A stretch of 64,000 bases of DNA. It comes from an uncultured Bacilli bacterium (GTDB lineage Bacteria; Bacillota_I; Bacilli_A; ML615J-28; CAG-313). Below are positions 46,662-55,137 of the stretch, in pieces (positions within the stretch are counted from its first letter, which is position 1; the number at the start of each line of letters is the position of its first letter). A program made the position numbers and the translations under genes. The notes under the pieces are model-generated. The model did no database searches. It saw only the letters and a program-made list of their open reading frames with translations, and was not told the DNA's origin. Location: contig CATLBQ010000002.1 in the NCBI GenBank assembly GCA_949879765.1, positions 2,667 to 66,666 on the forward strand, given 5' to 3'.

Positions 46662-48249
46662 CGTGATGAAAATCTTGAAATGTTATTATGTGGCCTTATG
46701 GAATAAGATTTTCAAGAATAGCAAATATCGGAATAAAATTTATGTAGCTTTATTATTTAGTATACTAGGAATAGGAGCCTTTACGCTCATATTTGGAATG
46801 CTTTCTTATAGTAGTATTATTACTATGCAAAAAGAAGGGATGCCAGAACTTGCGATGTATTCGTTTTCCACTACAGCACTGATGTTTATGTTGATGTTAA
46901 TTGTAACAGAATCAACAGGTGTAAAGAAAACAACAGATGAAGAAATGTTGCTGAGTCTGCCCATTCAAAAAGGGGCGATTATTACCGCAAAAGTGTTATA
47001 CTATCTGATTTTTGATTTTGTAGTTATTTTTATTCTTGTTTATCCAGCCCATATTATGTACGGGATGATTGTTGAAGGGACTATCTTGCCTTTTGCTATC
47101 CGGGGATTGGTATTGATTCTATTATGTACATTGTTTGGGGCAGGAATATCAGGAATCATCGCTATATTTTTATCGCGATTAACCTTACGTTTCAAACATA
47201 GTGGTGTCATTCAGTCTATCTTTGGAATGGCGCTGATGGTGGTTTTTGTGATTGCTTATGTGGGATTTTCCTTTACGAGTCAAAATCCTACTACGGCTAC
47301 TCAAGTATATGATTTTTATCCGATTCAATTATTATCTCGCTTTATGCTAGAAGGTAGTTTTACGAGTCTTATGATAATGGTTCTTTTTGCGTTTGGAGCA
47401 TTTGTCGTATCGGTAATATTGAAAGCATATTATTTAGGAAAACAAATTACAACATATCAAAGCAAGAATCATGAACTCAGTTTTGAAACCTCCACTATTG
47501 GGAAAAGTTTATATAAAAAAGAAATTAACAAATATTTTTCGATTCCCATTTATGTAAGCAATACAGCATTTGGTCCGATTTTTATGATTATGATGGCTAT
47601 TTTGATAACAGTGATGGGAAAACCCCATTTTATTCATTTGATTGAAAACGTACTATCCGTAGGCTATATTGATGGGGAGGTTCCTGAGAATCTCATCAAA
47701 GTCATCGATCGATATTTTAATATGGGTATAGTTGCTATTATGGCGATGATGATTTCTTTTTCACCAACTACAGCTTCTTCCATTTCTTTAGAAGGAAAAG
47801 AACTTTGGATTTTAAAAGCACATCCGATTCCGATAAAGGATGTATTTATCTCAAAGATATTTGTAAATATGTCTATTGGTTTTGTGCCCATTTTATTATC
47901 GAGCATTTTATTATCTACTCAGTTGGGGATTGTTTATTTACCTATTCTATGTATGGTTTTGGTAGAAGCGTTGTTGATTAGTTCAATGATTGGTTTATAC
48001 GCGAATTTAAGTTTACCTAAGCTCAACTGGGAAAGTGAAGTTGAGGTAGTCAAACAAGGAATGGCGGTGCTTTTATCCATGGGCCTCAATTTAGTGTGTA
48101 TTCTTATACCGATAATCATTATCAATACAATTGGATTAAATTCCGAATGGTTAATGATGGGAATCTTAATTTTGATTTATATGGCAATCGGTTTGATATG
48201 GGCTTATGTCTTAAAGAAAAAAGGAACGATGCTTTATCAAAAATTATAA
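46654..48249 (+). CDS. Large polytopic permease (putative ABC exporter family)
   Basis: 531 aa and highly hydrophobic throughout. 8-nt overlap with the ATPase gene. Confidence 0.65.
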   Translation: MSSVMKILKCYYVALWNKIFKNSKYRNKIYVALLFSILGIGAFTLIFGMLSYSSIITMQKEGMPELAMYSFSTTALMFMLMLIVTESTGVKKTTDEEMLLSLPIQKGAIITAKVLYYLIFDFVVIFILVYPAHIMYGMIVEGTILPFAIRGLVLILLCTLFGAGISGIIAIFLSRLTLRFKHSGVIQSIFGMALMVVFVIAYVGFSFTSQNPTTATQVYDFYPIQLLSRFMLEGSFTSLMIMVLFAFGAFVVSVILKAYYLGKQITTYQSKNHELSFETSTIGKSLYKKEINKYFSIPIYVSNTAFGPIFMIMMAILITVMGKPHFIHLIENVLSVGYIDGEVPENLIKVIDRYFNMGIVAIMAMMISFSPTTASSISLEGKELWILKAHPIPIKDVFISKIFVNMSIGFVPILLSSILLSTQLGIVYLPILCMVLVEALLISSMIGLYANLSLPKLNWESEVEVVKQGMAVLLSMGLNLVCILIPIIIINTIGLNSEWLMMGILILIYMAIGLIWAYVLKKKGTMLYQKL

Positions 48250-48257
48250 TAGCGAGA

Positions 48258-48288
48258 AAGAGACTGTATAGTAAATACAGTCTTTTTT
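48258..48288 (+). terminator. Rho-independent terminator
   Basis: AGACTGTAT pairs with ATACAGTCT around a 5-nt loop. A T-run follows. Confidence 0.9.
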
Positions 48289-48362
48289 GCTTGGATAAAT
48301 TCTAAAAAATAACGGAAATGATACTCCAATCGTCGTATGATTAGGTGAAAGGAGAGGATAAA

Positions 48363-49013
48363 ATGAAATCATTTTTGAAAATCAATATAGGTATATTATT
48401 AAGTGTAATTGTTTTTTGTGGCTTAAGCCACGCAGAAGCCAATGCTTCAACAGGACATGATGAATTTACGAGTATAAAATTTCTGTATAATCCGGAATTA
48501 AAATTAATTGTGGAGATGAGTGAAAGTGAGCGGGTTGCACTGCTCAATCGTGTAAAGAGAAAGGCTTTTGGCTGGTCGACCTATACCAATTATCGCAAAT
48601 ATGAAATTGAATATGAGGCAGGGACAATTTTTTCTAGATCAAATACAACAAATCAAGTAATTGAATTTCATTATTCAACAGCAACATCAGATAAAAAGAC
48701 CAAGACCTCTGAATTATCAGGTACATTAGGAATGAAATTATCAGGGAAATTTAATAAAATTACTGCGAGTCTAGATTCTAGTATTCGAGGAGAAATTGGT
48801 AAAAAAAGTGAGTCGACGTTTAAAGAAGAAATGGAATTTAAGGTAAAAATAGAACCAGGACGAAGAGTATCACTTATGGTAAAGGGATTAGCAAAACTAT
48901 CGAATGGGGCATCCAAATATTATTTATTTGGTATATCAGCCAAAAAGGAAATTTGGGAATATATTGATGTGGTGAATGAGTATTATGAACTTACCGAAGA
49001 AATCGTTATGTAA
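48363..49013 (+). CDS. Secreted beta-rich protein, possibly an aerolysin / ETX-MTX2-like pore-forming fold
   Basis: An AAAGGAGAGG RBS precedes the ATG at 48363. Signal peptide MKSFLKINIGILLSVIVFCGLSHA/EA. An S/T-rich alternating stretch (STATSDKKTKTSELSGTLGMKLSGKFNKITASLDSSIRGEIGKKSESTF) is followed by EFKVKIEPGRRVSLMVKG. The fold call is by eye only. Confidence 0.5.
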   Translation: MKSFLKINIGILLSVIVFCGLSHAEANASTGHDEFTSIKFLYNPELKLIVEMSESERVALLNRVKRKAFGWSTYTNYRKYEIEYEAGTIFSRSNTTNQVIEFHYSTATSDKKTKTSELSGTLGMKLSGKFNKITASLDSSIRGEIGKKSESTFKEEMEFKVKIEPGRRVSLMVKGLAKLSNGASKYYLFGISAKKEIWEYIDVVNEYYELTEEIVM

Positions 49014-49914
49014 ACTAAAATGGGGGATAGGCATAGGAGTGATGGGATTATCCATACTTGCTATTGTCACAACAATCCTTAGGCGAAAAGAAGTATACCA
49101 ATATCTGACGTATCCAAACATATACTATCTTTCAACAACTAATGATAAAGTAAGCGTAAAACTATATAGCCATCATGAAGTAGACCCCTACTTACAACCA
49201 GCAAATATTATAAGTTTATCTTTAGAAGTCCCACAAGAAAAAGATTCCTATTTGTTATCTATTGATCAAATTGTGGCTGAACAAGAGCATATCCATTATC
49301 AAAAACAGAAATATAGAATGTATACGCTGCATTTAAGTTTTCCTTTTGAGTATGATGAACATCTACAAATGCATAATGTGAATCTTGTTTTTGAATTTGT
49401 GTATGGTGAAAAGTTTAAAATTCCCATAGGTTCAATTATATGTTATGAGAAGAAAAGCCAAGATGTATTAAGAATAGTCAATTTAAAAGGAGTTGTTGAA
49501 GAAAAATCGAAACTACAAGTTTTAACAGGAATAGGTATTACATTATATCATAGCGAAAATCGGCCGTTTTATCTTGAAAAGATGGAACCACTAGATAATC
49601 GGGTAACCATAGCATCAAATACGGTGATGGAACTAAGTACAACAAAATATCCTCCAAATACTGGTTTATTCGAGATAGAAGAAAGGTATTGCAAACAGAC
49701 TCAATTACTTCCTTTTGAAATAGAGGCAAGTCAATCTACTCATCTTTTTTTCCCACTCATTTATCAAGATGTGCAAACCATCACAACCTTAGCTTTTGTG
49801 GTAACATATCAAGAAGATGGGGTGAGATATACTCAAGTATTGGAACCTTTTCAATTTTTTAAGACAACGAGCATAACGTATCATCAGGTGAAATATGTGC
49901 CAAATTCGAATTAG
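48976..49914 (+). CDS. Bitopic membrane protein with a ~270-aa extracytoplasmic beta-rich domain, unknown function
   Basis: N-terminal anchor WGIGIGVMGLSILAIVTTIL. Overlaps the upstream gene by up to 38 nt (alternative ATG at 48985). Confidence 0.5.
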   Translation: MSIMNLPKKSLCKLKWGIGIGVMGLSILAIVTTILRRKEVYQYLTYPNIYYLSTTNDKVSVKLYSHHEVDPYLQPANIISLSLEVPQEKDSYLLSIDQIVAEQEHIHYQKQKYRMYTLHLSFPFEYDEHLQMHNVNLVFEFVYGEKFKIPIGSIICYEKKSQDVLRIVNLKGVVEEKSKLQVLTGIGITLYHSENRPFYLEKMEPLDNRVTIASNTVMELSTTKYPPNTGLFEIEERYCKQTQLLPFEIEASQSTHLFFPLIYQDVQTITTLAFVVTYQEDGVRYTQVLEPFQFFKTTSITYHQVKYVPNSN

Positions 49915-50518
49915 AAATTTAAAAAAATCATATAAACGTCATTGTATTTTTGATCACGTCCATTTAGATTTAGATGAAAGAATGTATCATTTTCTAATTG
50001 GTGAAAATGGTGCGGGTAAATCTACATTTATCAAATGTATATTGAGTGAGGTGAAATATAGTGGAATCATTCAAAAAACAAGTCAGGTAATATCTTATGT
50101 ACCTGAAAAAATTATTTTACCAGATTATGTTATAGTAAAAGATTACTTATATTGGATGGGAAAAATTCAGTGTCAAAAGGATGTACAATTGAAAGAAACG
50201 ATTCATCATTATCTACACCGATTTGCGATTGAAAATTATGTAGATGTACCTATTTGCCATTTGTCACAAGGAACAAGACAAAAAGTAGTTTTGATTCAAG
50301 CTTTACTGAATGATGCGGATATCTATATTTTTGATGAACCACTTCGGGGATTAGATGAACATTCAAAAAAGTGTTTTATAGAAGAAATGAGAAAATTAAA
50401 ACAAAAAGGGAAGTTGATTATGATTTCAACACATACATTAGAACAGTATCGTGTGCGAAATAAACATATGATTTCCTTTCCATTAGGAGAAGGTTATGTA
50501 TCTGATTCAATTGCATAA
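49895..50518 (+). CDS. Short ABC transporter ATP-binding protein
   Basis: Walker A GENGAGKST, variant signature LSQGTRQKV, Walker B IYIFDEPLRGLD, H-loop STHT. Overlaps the upstream gene by 20 nt. Confidence 0.85.
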   Translation: MCQIRIRNLKKSYKRHCIFDHVHLDLDERMYHFLIGENGAGKSTFIKCILSEVKYSGIIQKTSQVISYVPEKIILPDYVIVKDYLYWMGKIQCQKDVQLKETIHHYLHRFAIENYVDVPICHLSQGTRQKVVLIQALLNDADIYIFDEPLRGLDEHSKKCFIEEMRKLKQKGKLIMISTHTLEQYRVRNKHMISFPLGEGYVSDSIA

Positions 50519-51212
50519 GGGGTATTTATGGAACAAAGTCAATAAGACGATAATTTATTTGATTTTATTGATAGCCGTTTTATTAGAACTTATTTTGATT
50601 AAACCTTTTCGTCAAGTCCTACCAATTTGGACGCTTCAAGTGCTTGACACGGATTATTATCGTCAAGCCTCTTTCTTCTTTTCAAAAATTGTCCTTATTT
50701 TCTTTTCTATTTATGTATTTGGTATTGGATTTAGTCAAATGGGAGATAATTATAGTATAGTAATTACAACAAGAATTTCAAATTGGAAATACTATTATAC
50801 GAAATTTTTTTCTATTGGCTATGGATTAGGGATCATGGTAATAGGGCTATTCTTAATACATGTTAATATAGGCTTTCTATTTTCGAAATGGTATATGCTA
50901 GATTCGTCCATATGGAAAACCTATGGCGAAATGTATGGATTATCTTTAGTATATGGATCTTTATCTATTGTATCTGTACGTATAGGAAAGAGTATCTATG
51001 CCCTATTTCTTTCAATATGCTTGTATCTTGTTAGTGAGGTTATCTTAGATTTCAATATTTGTCAACAAGTCATTAGCGTTTTTCAATTGTTTTTACCCGT
51101 TCAGATGTATAATGGTTCAAGTTATGTACTGATTTATGGTCTAGGTCATACGATGATACTGGCTATATTTTATATGTTAATTGCTTATATAGCCTATATC
51201 CAAAAAGAATAG
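50496..51212 (+). CDS. ABC-2-type membrane permease (about six TM helices)
   Basis: Hydrophobic 238-aa protein overlapping the ATPase gene by 23 nt. Confidence 0.6.
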   Translation: MYLIQLHKGYLWNKVNKTIIYLILLIAVLLELILIKPFRQVLPIWTLQVLDTDYYRQASFFFSKIVLIFFSIYVFGIGFSQMGDNYSIVITTRISNWKYYYTKFFSIGYGLGIMVIGLFLIHVNIGFLFSKWYMLDSSIWKTYGEMYGLSLVYGSLSIVSVRIGKSIYALFLSICLYLVSEVILDFNICQQVISVFQLFLPVQMYNGSSYVLIYGLGHTMILAIFYMLIAYIAYIQKE

Positions 51213-51231
51213 AAATAAGAAGGTGACTTGA

Positions 51232-51260
51232 TTGACAAGTTTAGAAAATTATGGTATAAT
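51232..51260 (+). promoter_or_regulatory. Consensus SigA promoter of infC-rpmI-rplT
   Basis: TTGACA (51232-51237), a 17-nt spacer, then TATAAT (51255-51260) preceded by TGg. Confidence 0.85.
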
Positions 51261-51266
51261 ACCAAT

Positions 51267-51443
51267 GAAATAAATATTGTAGTGAAAAGAAGAAGTCCCA
51301 CTTCTCACCTGACCAATAAGGTTGGTAGGTAAAGAGTCATGATGCAATTGTTTGATTGTTCAATCAATGATACTTACAGTGGGTTTCCCACTGTTTTTTA
51401 TTCTTCCACACATATTTATTATAAAATTTATGGAGGTGAGAAT
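51267..51443 (+). promoter_or_regulatory. Ribosomal protein L20 leader (transcription attenuator of the infC operon)
   Basis: A long 5' UTR with hairpins (AGAAGT/ACTTCT at 51291-51305; ACCTGACCAA..TTGGTAGGT). An intrinsic terminator lies at 51376-51399. CCCACT occurs twice (51297-51302 and 51387-51392), so either copy can pair with AGTGGG (51378-51383). That is an antiterminator/terminator arrangement. Confidence 0.7.
51376..51399 (+). terminator. Leader attenuator terminator
   Basis: ACAGTGGG pairs with CCCACTGT around the loop TTT. It is followed by TTTTTT. Confidence 0.8.
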
Positions 51444-51983
51444 ATTATTAAGCCAGGCGACAAAAAGGAAAATTTAGTAAATGAAGAAATTGAGGCGGAA
51501 TATGTCTTAGTTATATCTGAAGAAGGCGAACAATTGGGTAAACTTTCTTTACATGATGCATTGAAGGCAGCAGAAAGTAGGGGCTATGATTTGGTATGTG
51601 TTGCACCAAACGCTTCAGTTCCAGTTTGTAAATTAATGGATTATAGCAAATACCGTTATGAGCAAAATAAAAAAGCTAAAGAAGCTCGCAAAAATCAAAA
51701 GATCATTTCTGTTAAGGAAGTGCGTTTAAGTCCAACAATTGATGTTGGTGACTTCGAAACAAAAATGCGTGCCGCTAGAAAATTTTTAGCTAGTGGTGAT
51801 AAAGTAAAGGTAAGTTGTCGTTTTAGAGGTCGGATGATTGAACAAGCAAATAATACAAAACCATTGTTTAGTAAATTTGCTTTGGGTTTAGAAGACATTG
51901 CTCAAATTGAACAAGCCCCATTTTTAGATGGTCGAAACATGTTTATGACTTTAAGTCCTAAACTACAAAAAAAGAAAAATTAA
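51444..51983 (+). CDS. infC: Translation initiation factor IF-3 with a non-AUG (ATT) start
   Basis: GGAGGTG (51432-51438) is followed by ATT ATT AAG (51444 or 51447). The protein IIKPGDKKENLVNEEIEAEYVLVISEEGEQLG... matches the IF-3 N-terminus. The track ATG at 51339 lies inside the leader. Confidence 0.85.
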   Translation: MIKPGDKKENLVNEEIEAEYVLVISEEGEQLGKLSLHDALKAAESRGYDLVCVAPNASVPVCKLMDYSKYRYEQNKKAKEARKNQKIISVKEVRLSPTIDVGDFETKMRAARKFLASGDKVKVSCRFRGRMIEQANNTKPLFSKFALGLEDIAQIEQAPFLDGRNMFMTLSPKLQKKKN

Positions 51984-52001
51984 TTTGTAAGGAGAATATT
52001 T

Positions 52002-52202
52002 ATGCCAAAAATGAGATCACATAGCGGTACTAAAAAACGCTTAACTATCACAGCTACTGGTAAAGTAAGACGTGGCCAAGCAGGCAATAGACACTTAGCA
52101 CCAGGAAAAACACAAAAACAAACTAGACAAATTCGTAAATTCGCTCTTGTATCTACAAGTGATAAGAGACATTTAAAACAAATTTTGTCTAATATTAAGT
52201 AG
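52002..52202 (+). CDS. rpmI: 50S ribosomal protein L35
   Basis: MPKMRSHSGTKKRL..., 66 aa, basic. Confidence 0.95.
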   Translation: MPKMRSHSGTKKRLTITATGKVRRGQAGNRHLAPGKTQKQTRQIRKFALVSTSDKRHLKQILSNIK

Positions 52203-52216
52203 GGAGGTAAAAGAAT

Positions 52217-52576
52217 ATGCCACGTACAAAAGGCGGAGTCGTATCAAGAAGAAGACGTAATCGTGTTTTAAAACAAGCAAAAGGTTTCTTTGGTTCAAAA
52301 CATTGTTTATTCAAGGTTGCAAACCAACAAGTTATGAAATCTCTTGTATATGCATACAGAGATCGTAAGAATAATAAACGTAATTTCCGTAAATTATGGA
52401 TTGTTAGAATTAACGCTGCAAGCCGTGCTTTAGGATTGAGTTATAATCAATTGATGCATGGATTAAAACTTGCAAATGTGGACATCAATCGTAAGATGTT
52501 AGCTGATTTAGCTGTAAATGACGCTGCAATGTTTGCTAATCTTTGTGATACGGCAAAACAAGCATTAGCTAAATAG
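52217..52576 (+). CDS. rplT: 50S ribosomal protein L20
   Basis: [26 protein letters not shown]..., 119 aa. Confidence 0.95.
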   Translation: MPRTKGGVVSRRRRNRVLKQAKGFFGSKHCLFKVANQQVMKSLVYAYRDRKNNKRNFRKLWIVRINAASRALGLSYNQLMHGLKLANVDINRKMLADLAVNDAAMFANLCDTAKQALAK

Positions 52577-52594
52577 TCAAGTATAGTCAAAAAT

Positions 52595-52622
52595 AAAAAG
52601 GACCAAGGTAGGTCCTTTTTTT
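52595..52622. terminator. Bidirectional Rho-independent terminator
   Basis: AAAAAGGACC pairs with GGTCCTTTTT around a 6-nt loop. It lies between the convergent rplT and the minus-strand gene. Confidence 0.9.
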
Positions 52623-52627
52623 AGTTA

Positions 52628-54946
52628 TTATTTATATTTTTTGCGTAAAACAATAAGGGCTGTGGTCAATAATGTAATGGAAGCAAGTATATCTAATCCT
52701 AATGATTTTTTGCAACCTTTTGCTTTTTCCCAAGTAGCTATTAATGTTGTATCACCAGTAATTCCTTCTAAAGATGTGATTTTTCTTCCACCGACTTTCC
52801 AACCAGTAAACTGATAACCATCTTTTGTAGGGGTTGGTAATGTAGGGATAGCATCAATGGTAAAGTTTTGAGGGGCATCTTGTGGCAATGTTCCACCATC
52901 TAAATTGTAATTGAGTGTGTAGGTTTCCGCTTTCCAAACAGCCTTTAGTGTAATATCAGAAATAATTCCTTCAGGAAGAGCCGTAATGATGTCATCGCCC
53001 AATTGCCAACCCACAAATTCATAATGTTCTTTTGTTGCGGGATACAGCGTTATAGGAAGGCGATTCGTATAAAAAGAAATAGGATTTAAGCCTGAGTTGG
53101 ATCCACCATTAAGATCATAAGTGATATGATATTTAGCCGCTTCCCAAGTGGCAACTAAGGTAATTTCACCTTGAGTACCTTCGGGAATTTCAGTGATTAT
53201 TTTCCGATTCAATTTCCAACCTGTAAATACATAACCTGATTTAGTAGGTGCATACAAAGCAAGAGGAAGTCCTGCACCTGTATAGGTAGTAGGATTATCA
53301 GGATGATTGGTTCCACCATCTAAATCATAGACAATTGGATATTCAAGAATATCTTCATTTAAAATAAGAGGTAAATCTTTGTTTAATGTAGTTCCATCAT
53401 ATTTGGTTAATTCAACTTGGAAGTGATAATTATAATCTGTATAATAACCAGACCAACTTCTAGAAGTTACATTGTTTGAAACAATCGGCATAGAAACATC
53501 GATTTTGTTTCCGCCTGTAACATGGATGTCAGATACAATACCATATAAATTATCTCCCCATTGAATAGTTACTTTTTCAGTTTCTTTATCATAGGAAACA
53601 GAAACAGAATCTAAAATTTCTGCATCAGATACTTCTTCGATATATTGTGGACGCTTTGCTTCAAGGGTGAATTCATCTAATACAGTACCTGCCGCATTAT
53701 AACATTGAATTGTTAACTGATTGGCTTCAACACGAACCAATACACCTAAATTATTGAGTCCTTTAAGTACTTTATCATAGTCTTTAAGTAGAGAAGGTTG
53801 TATTTTTTCACTATAATTTTTTAATCCAGCGGCGGCACCCTGCAAATAGGTAACACCTAATTTCTCATCCACAGGTCCAGAAGAAGGAGAAGCGGCAGTT
53901 CCACCATAACGTAAATTTTTACGGCAGTAAACATGTTCATGTCCATTTAATGCAAGGTCAACTTGGCATTCTTCAAATACACTTAACCAATTTCTTCTCA
54001 TGACGTTTGCATCACTGACATAAGCACCTGTTGCATATAGTCCAGGGTGAGAGCCTACAATAATCCATTGAGAAGGATTATTTTTAACTACGTTTCTAAA
54101 CCAATCTTGTTGTGCTTGGACATCATAGTTCGTTTTTACGGTGTCTAGCATGATAAATAGGATTTGATCCCATACAAAATAGTAAGAAGAGCCAATTCTA
54201 TCTGCAGGTCCATTTTCTGGATAATTGTGAAATTGTTTGAATACTTCATTTGAAACATATTCACCAGAAAGATTTAAATAGTATTCGTGATTGCCAGGAA
54301 CAGTTGCTTGAAGGAATCCTTGTAAAGAGGTTACATATTTGTAGTAATCTATCCATTGTTGTTCAACTCCTCCCCGGTCTACTTGGTCACCTGTCATGAC
54401 AACTAAGTTAGGTTGTGCTGTCATATTTTTTCGTAAGATGGCTTGAATAAGGGTTTCTGCATTTTGGAAACTTCCACCAGAACTTTGGATGTCAGTTAAA
54501 AATAAGAAAGATTTATTATCTTTGTTTGTACCAGTCGTCGTAAAAGATTGAATATTAGAAACCGAATCTCCAGATACAACTTGATAGTAGTACTTTGTAT
54601 TGGCATCTAATCGAGTCAAGGTTGCTTTGCAAACATATCTTTCTGAAAATCCATAGCCACTTTCTGCATCACTTGATGTATATGCATCCATATGCCATAA
54701 AGTAGAATTTGCCTCTACTTTTATAGGGTTTGCAATGGTTTTGCCGTCTGAAGTTTTACTATAGATGACATAGGAACCATCCTCAGAACAGTGATAATTG
54801 ATTCCAACTGTATCGTAAGTTTCTCCAACTGTTGCAGTTAGGTAACTTATAGTGCCAGATGCTTTGCTTGTGATTGGAAAAAAAGCAAGCAAGAAAGCAA
54901 ATACACTTAAAGTAAATAGTGATTTTTTAATAAATTTTAGTGTCAT
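52628..54946 (-). CDS. Secreted calcineurin-like metallophosphoesterase with three Listeria-Bacteroides (Flg_new) repeats and a C-terminal TM anchor
   Basis: Signal peptide. Phosphoesterase motifs GDQVDRG, GNHE, GHEH. Three repeats of ~70 aa (YDLDGGT...GYVFTGW, YDLNGGS...HYEFVGW, YNLDGGT...GYQFTGW). The terminal hydrophobic helix is followed by RKKYK. Confidence 0.85.
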   Translation of the reverse strand: MTLKFIKKSLFTLSVFAFLLAFFPITSKASGTISYLTATVGETYDTVGINYHCSEDGSYVIYSKTSDGKTIANPIKVEANSTLWHMDAYTSSDAESGYGFSERYVCKATLTRLDANTKYYYQVVSGDSVSNIQSFTTTGTNKDNKSFLFLTDIQSSGGSFQNAETLIQAILRKNMTAQPNLVVMTGDQVDRGGVEQQWIDYYKYVTSLQGFLQATVPGNHEYYLNLSGEYVSNEVFKQFHNYPENGPADRIGSSYYFVWDQILFIMLDTVKTNYDVQAQQDWFRNVVKNNPSQWIIVGSHPGLYATGAYVSDANVMRRNWLSVFEECQVDLALNGHEHVYCRKNLRYGGTAASPSSGPVDEKLGVTYLQGAAAGLKNYSEKIQPSLLKDYDKVLKGLNNLGVLVRVEANQLTIQCYNAAGTVLDEFTLEAKRPQYIEEVSDAEILDSVSVSYDKETEKVTIQWGDNLYGIVSDIHVTGGNKIDVSMPIVSNNVTSRSWSGYYTDYNYHFQVELTKYDGTTLNKDLPLILNEDILEYPIVYDLDGGTNHPDNPTTYTGAGLPLALYAPTKSGYVFTGWKLNRKIITEIPEGTQGEITLVATWEAAKYHITYDLNGGSNSGLNPISFYTNRLPITLYPATKEHYEFVGWQLGDDIITALPEGIISDITLKAVWKAETYTLNYNLDGGTLPQDAPQNFTIDAIPTLPTPTKDGYQFTGWKVGGRKITSLEGITGDTTLIATWEKAKGCKKSLGLDILASITLLTTALIVLRKKYK
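52722..53341 (-). repeat. Three tandem protein-coding repeats (Listeria-Bacteroides repeat domains)
   Basis: Seen at the protein level in the ORF above. The DNA copies are diverged. Confidence 0.75.
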
Positions 54947-54974
54947 CTTATACCTCCTATGTATTGACGATTTA

Positions 54975-55003
54975 TTCTACCACATTTGAAAAATTTTTTC
55001 AAC
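54975..55003 (-). promoter_or_regulatory. SigA-type promoter for the minus-strand phosphoesterase gene
   Basis: On the minus strand: TTGAAA, a 17-nt spacer, then TGgTAGAAT, followed by a GGAGG RBS and the ATG. Confidence 0.7.
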
Positions 55004-55086
55004 CAGAATAATTTGCCAAATGAAAACGTTTTATTGAAAGAAAGAAGAGGCTATATGATTTTTCTTGATTCCATATTACATTAAAT

Positions 55087-55115
55087 TTTACATTTAGGGA
55101 AAAATATGGTATAAT
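55087..55115 (+). promoter_or_regulatory. SigA-type promoter of the DUF1189-leuS unit
   Basis: TTTACA (55087-55092), a 17-nt spacer, then TGgTATAAT (-10 hexamer at 55110-55115). Confidence 0.7.
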
Positions 55116-55137
55116 ACTTAAAAAGGAGTATTGGGAT

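Noticed and set aside
49006-49016. TTATGTAAACT, an exact 11-nt match to the right arm of the Bacillus subtilis dif site as I recall it (ACTTCCTAGAATATATATTATGTAAACT).
   Set aside because: It lies inside overlapping coding sequence. The preceding 17 nt (ACTTACCGAAGAAATCG) match the left arm and central region poorly. It is most likely a chance match.
51339-51443. The ATG at 51339, given by the ORF track as the infC start.
   Set aside because: That stretch contains the leader hairpins and an intrinsic terminator. The IF-3 homology begins only at about 51444, after a strong RBS with an ATT start.
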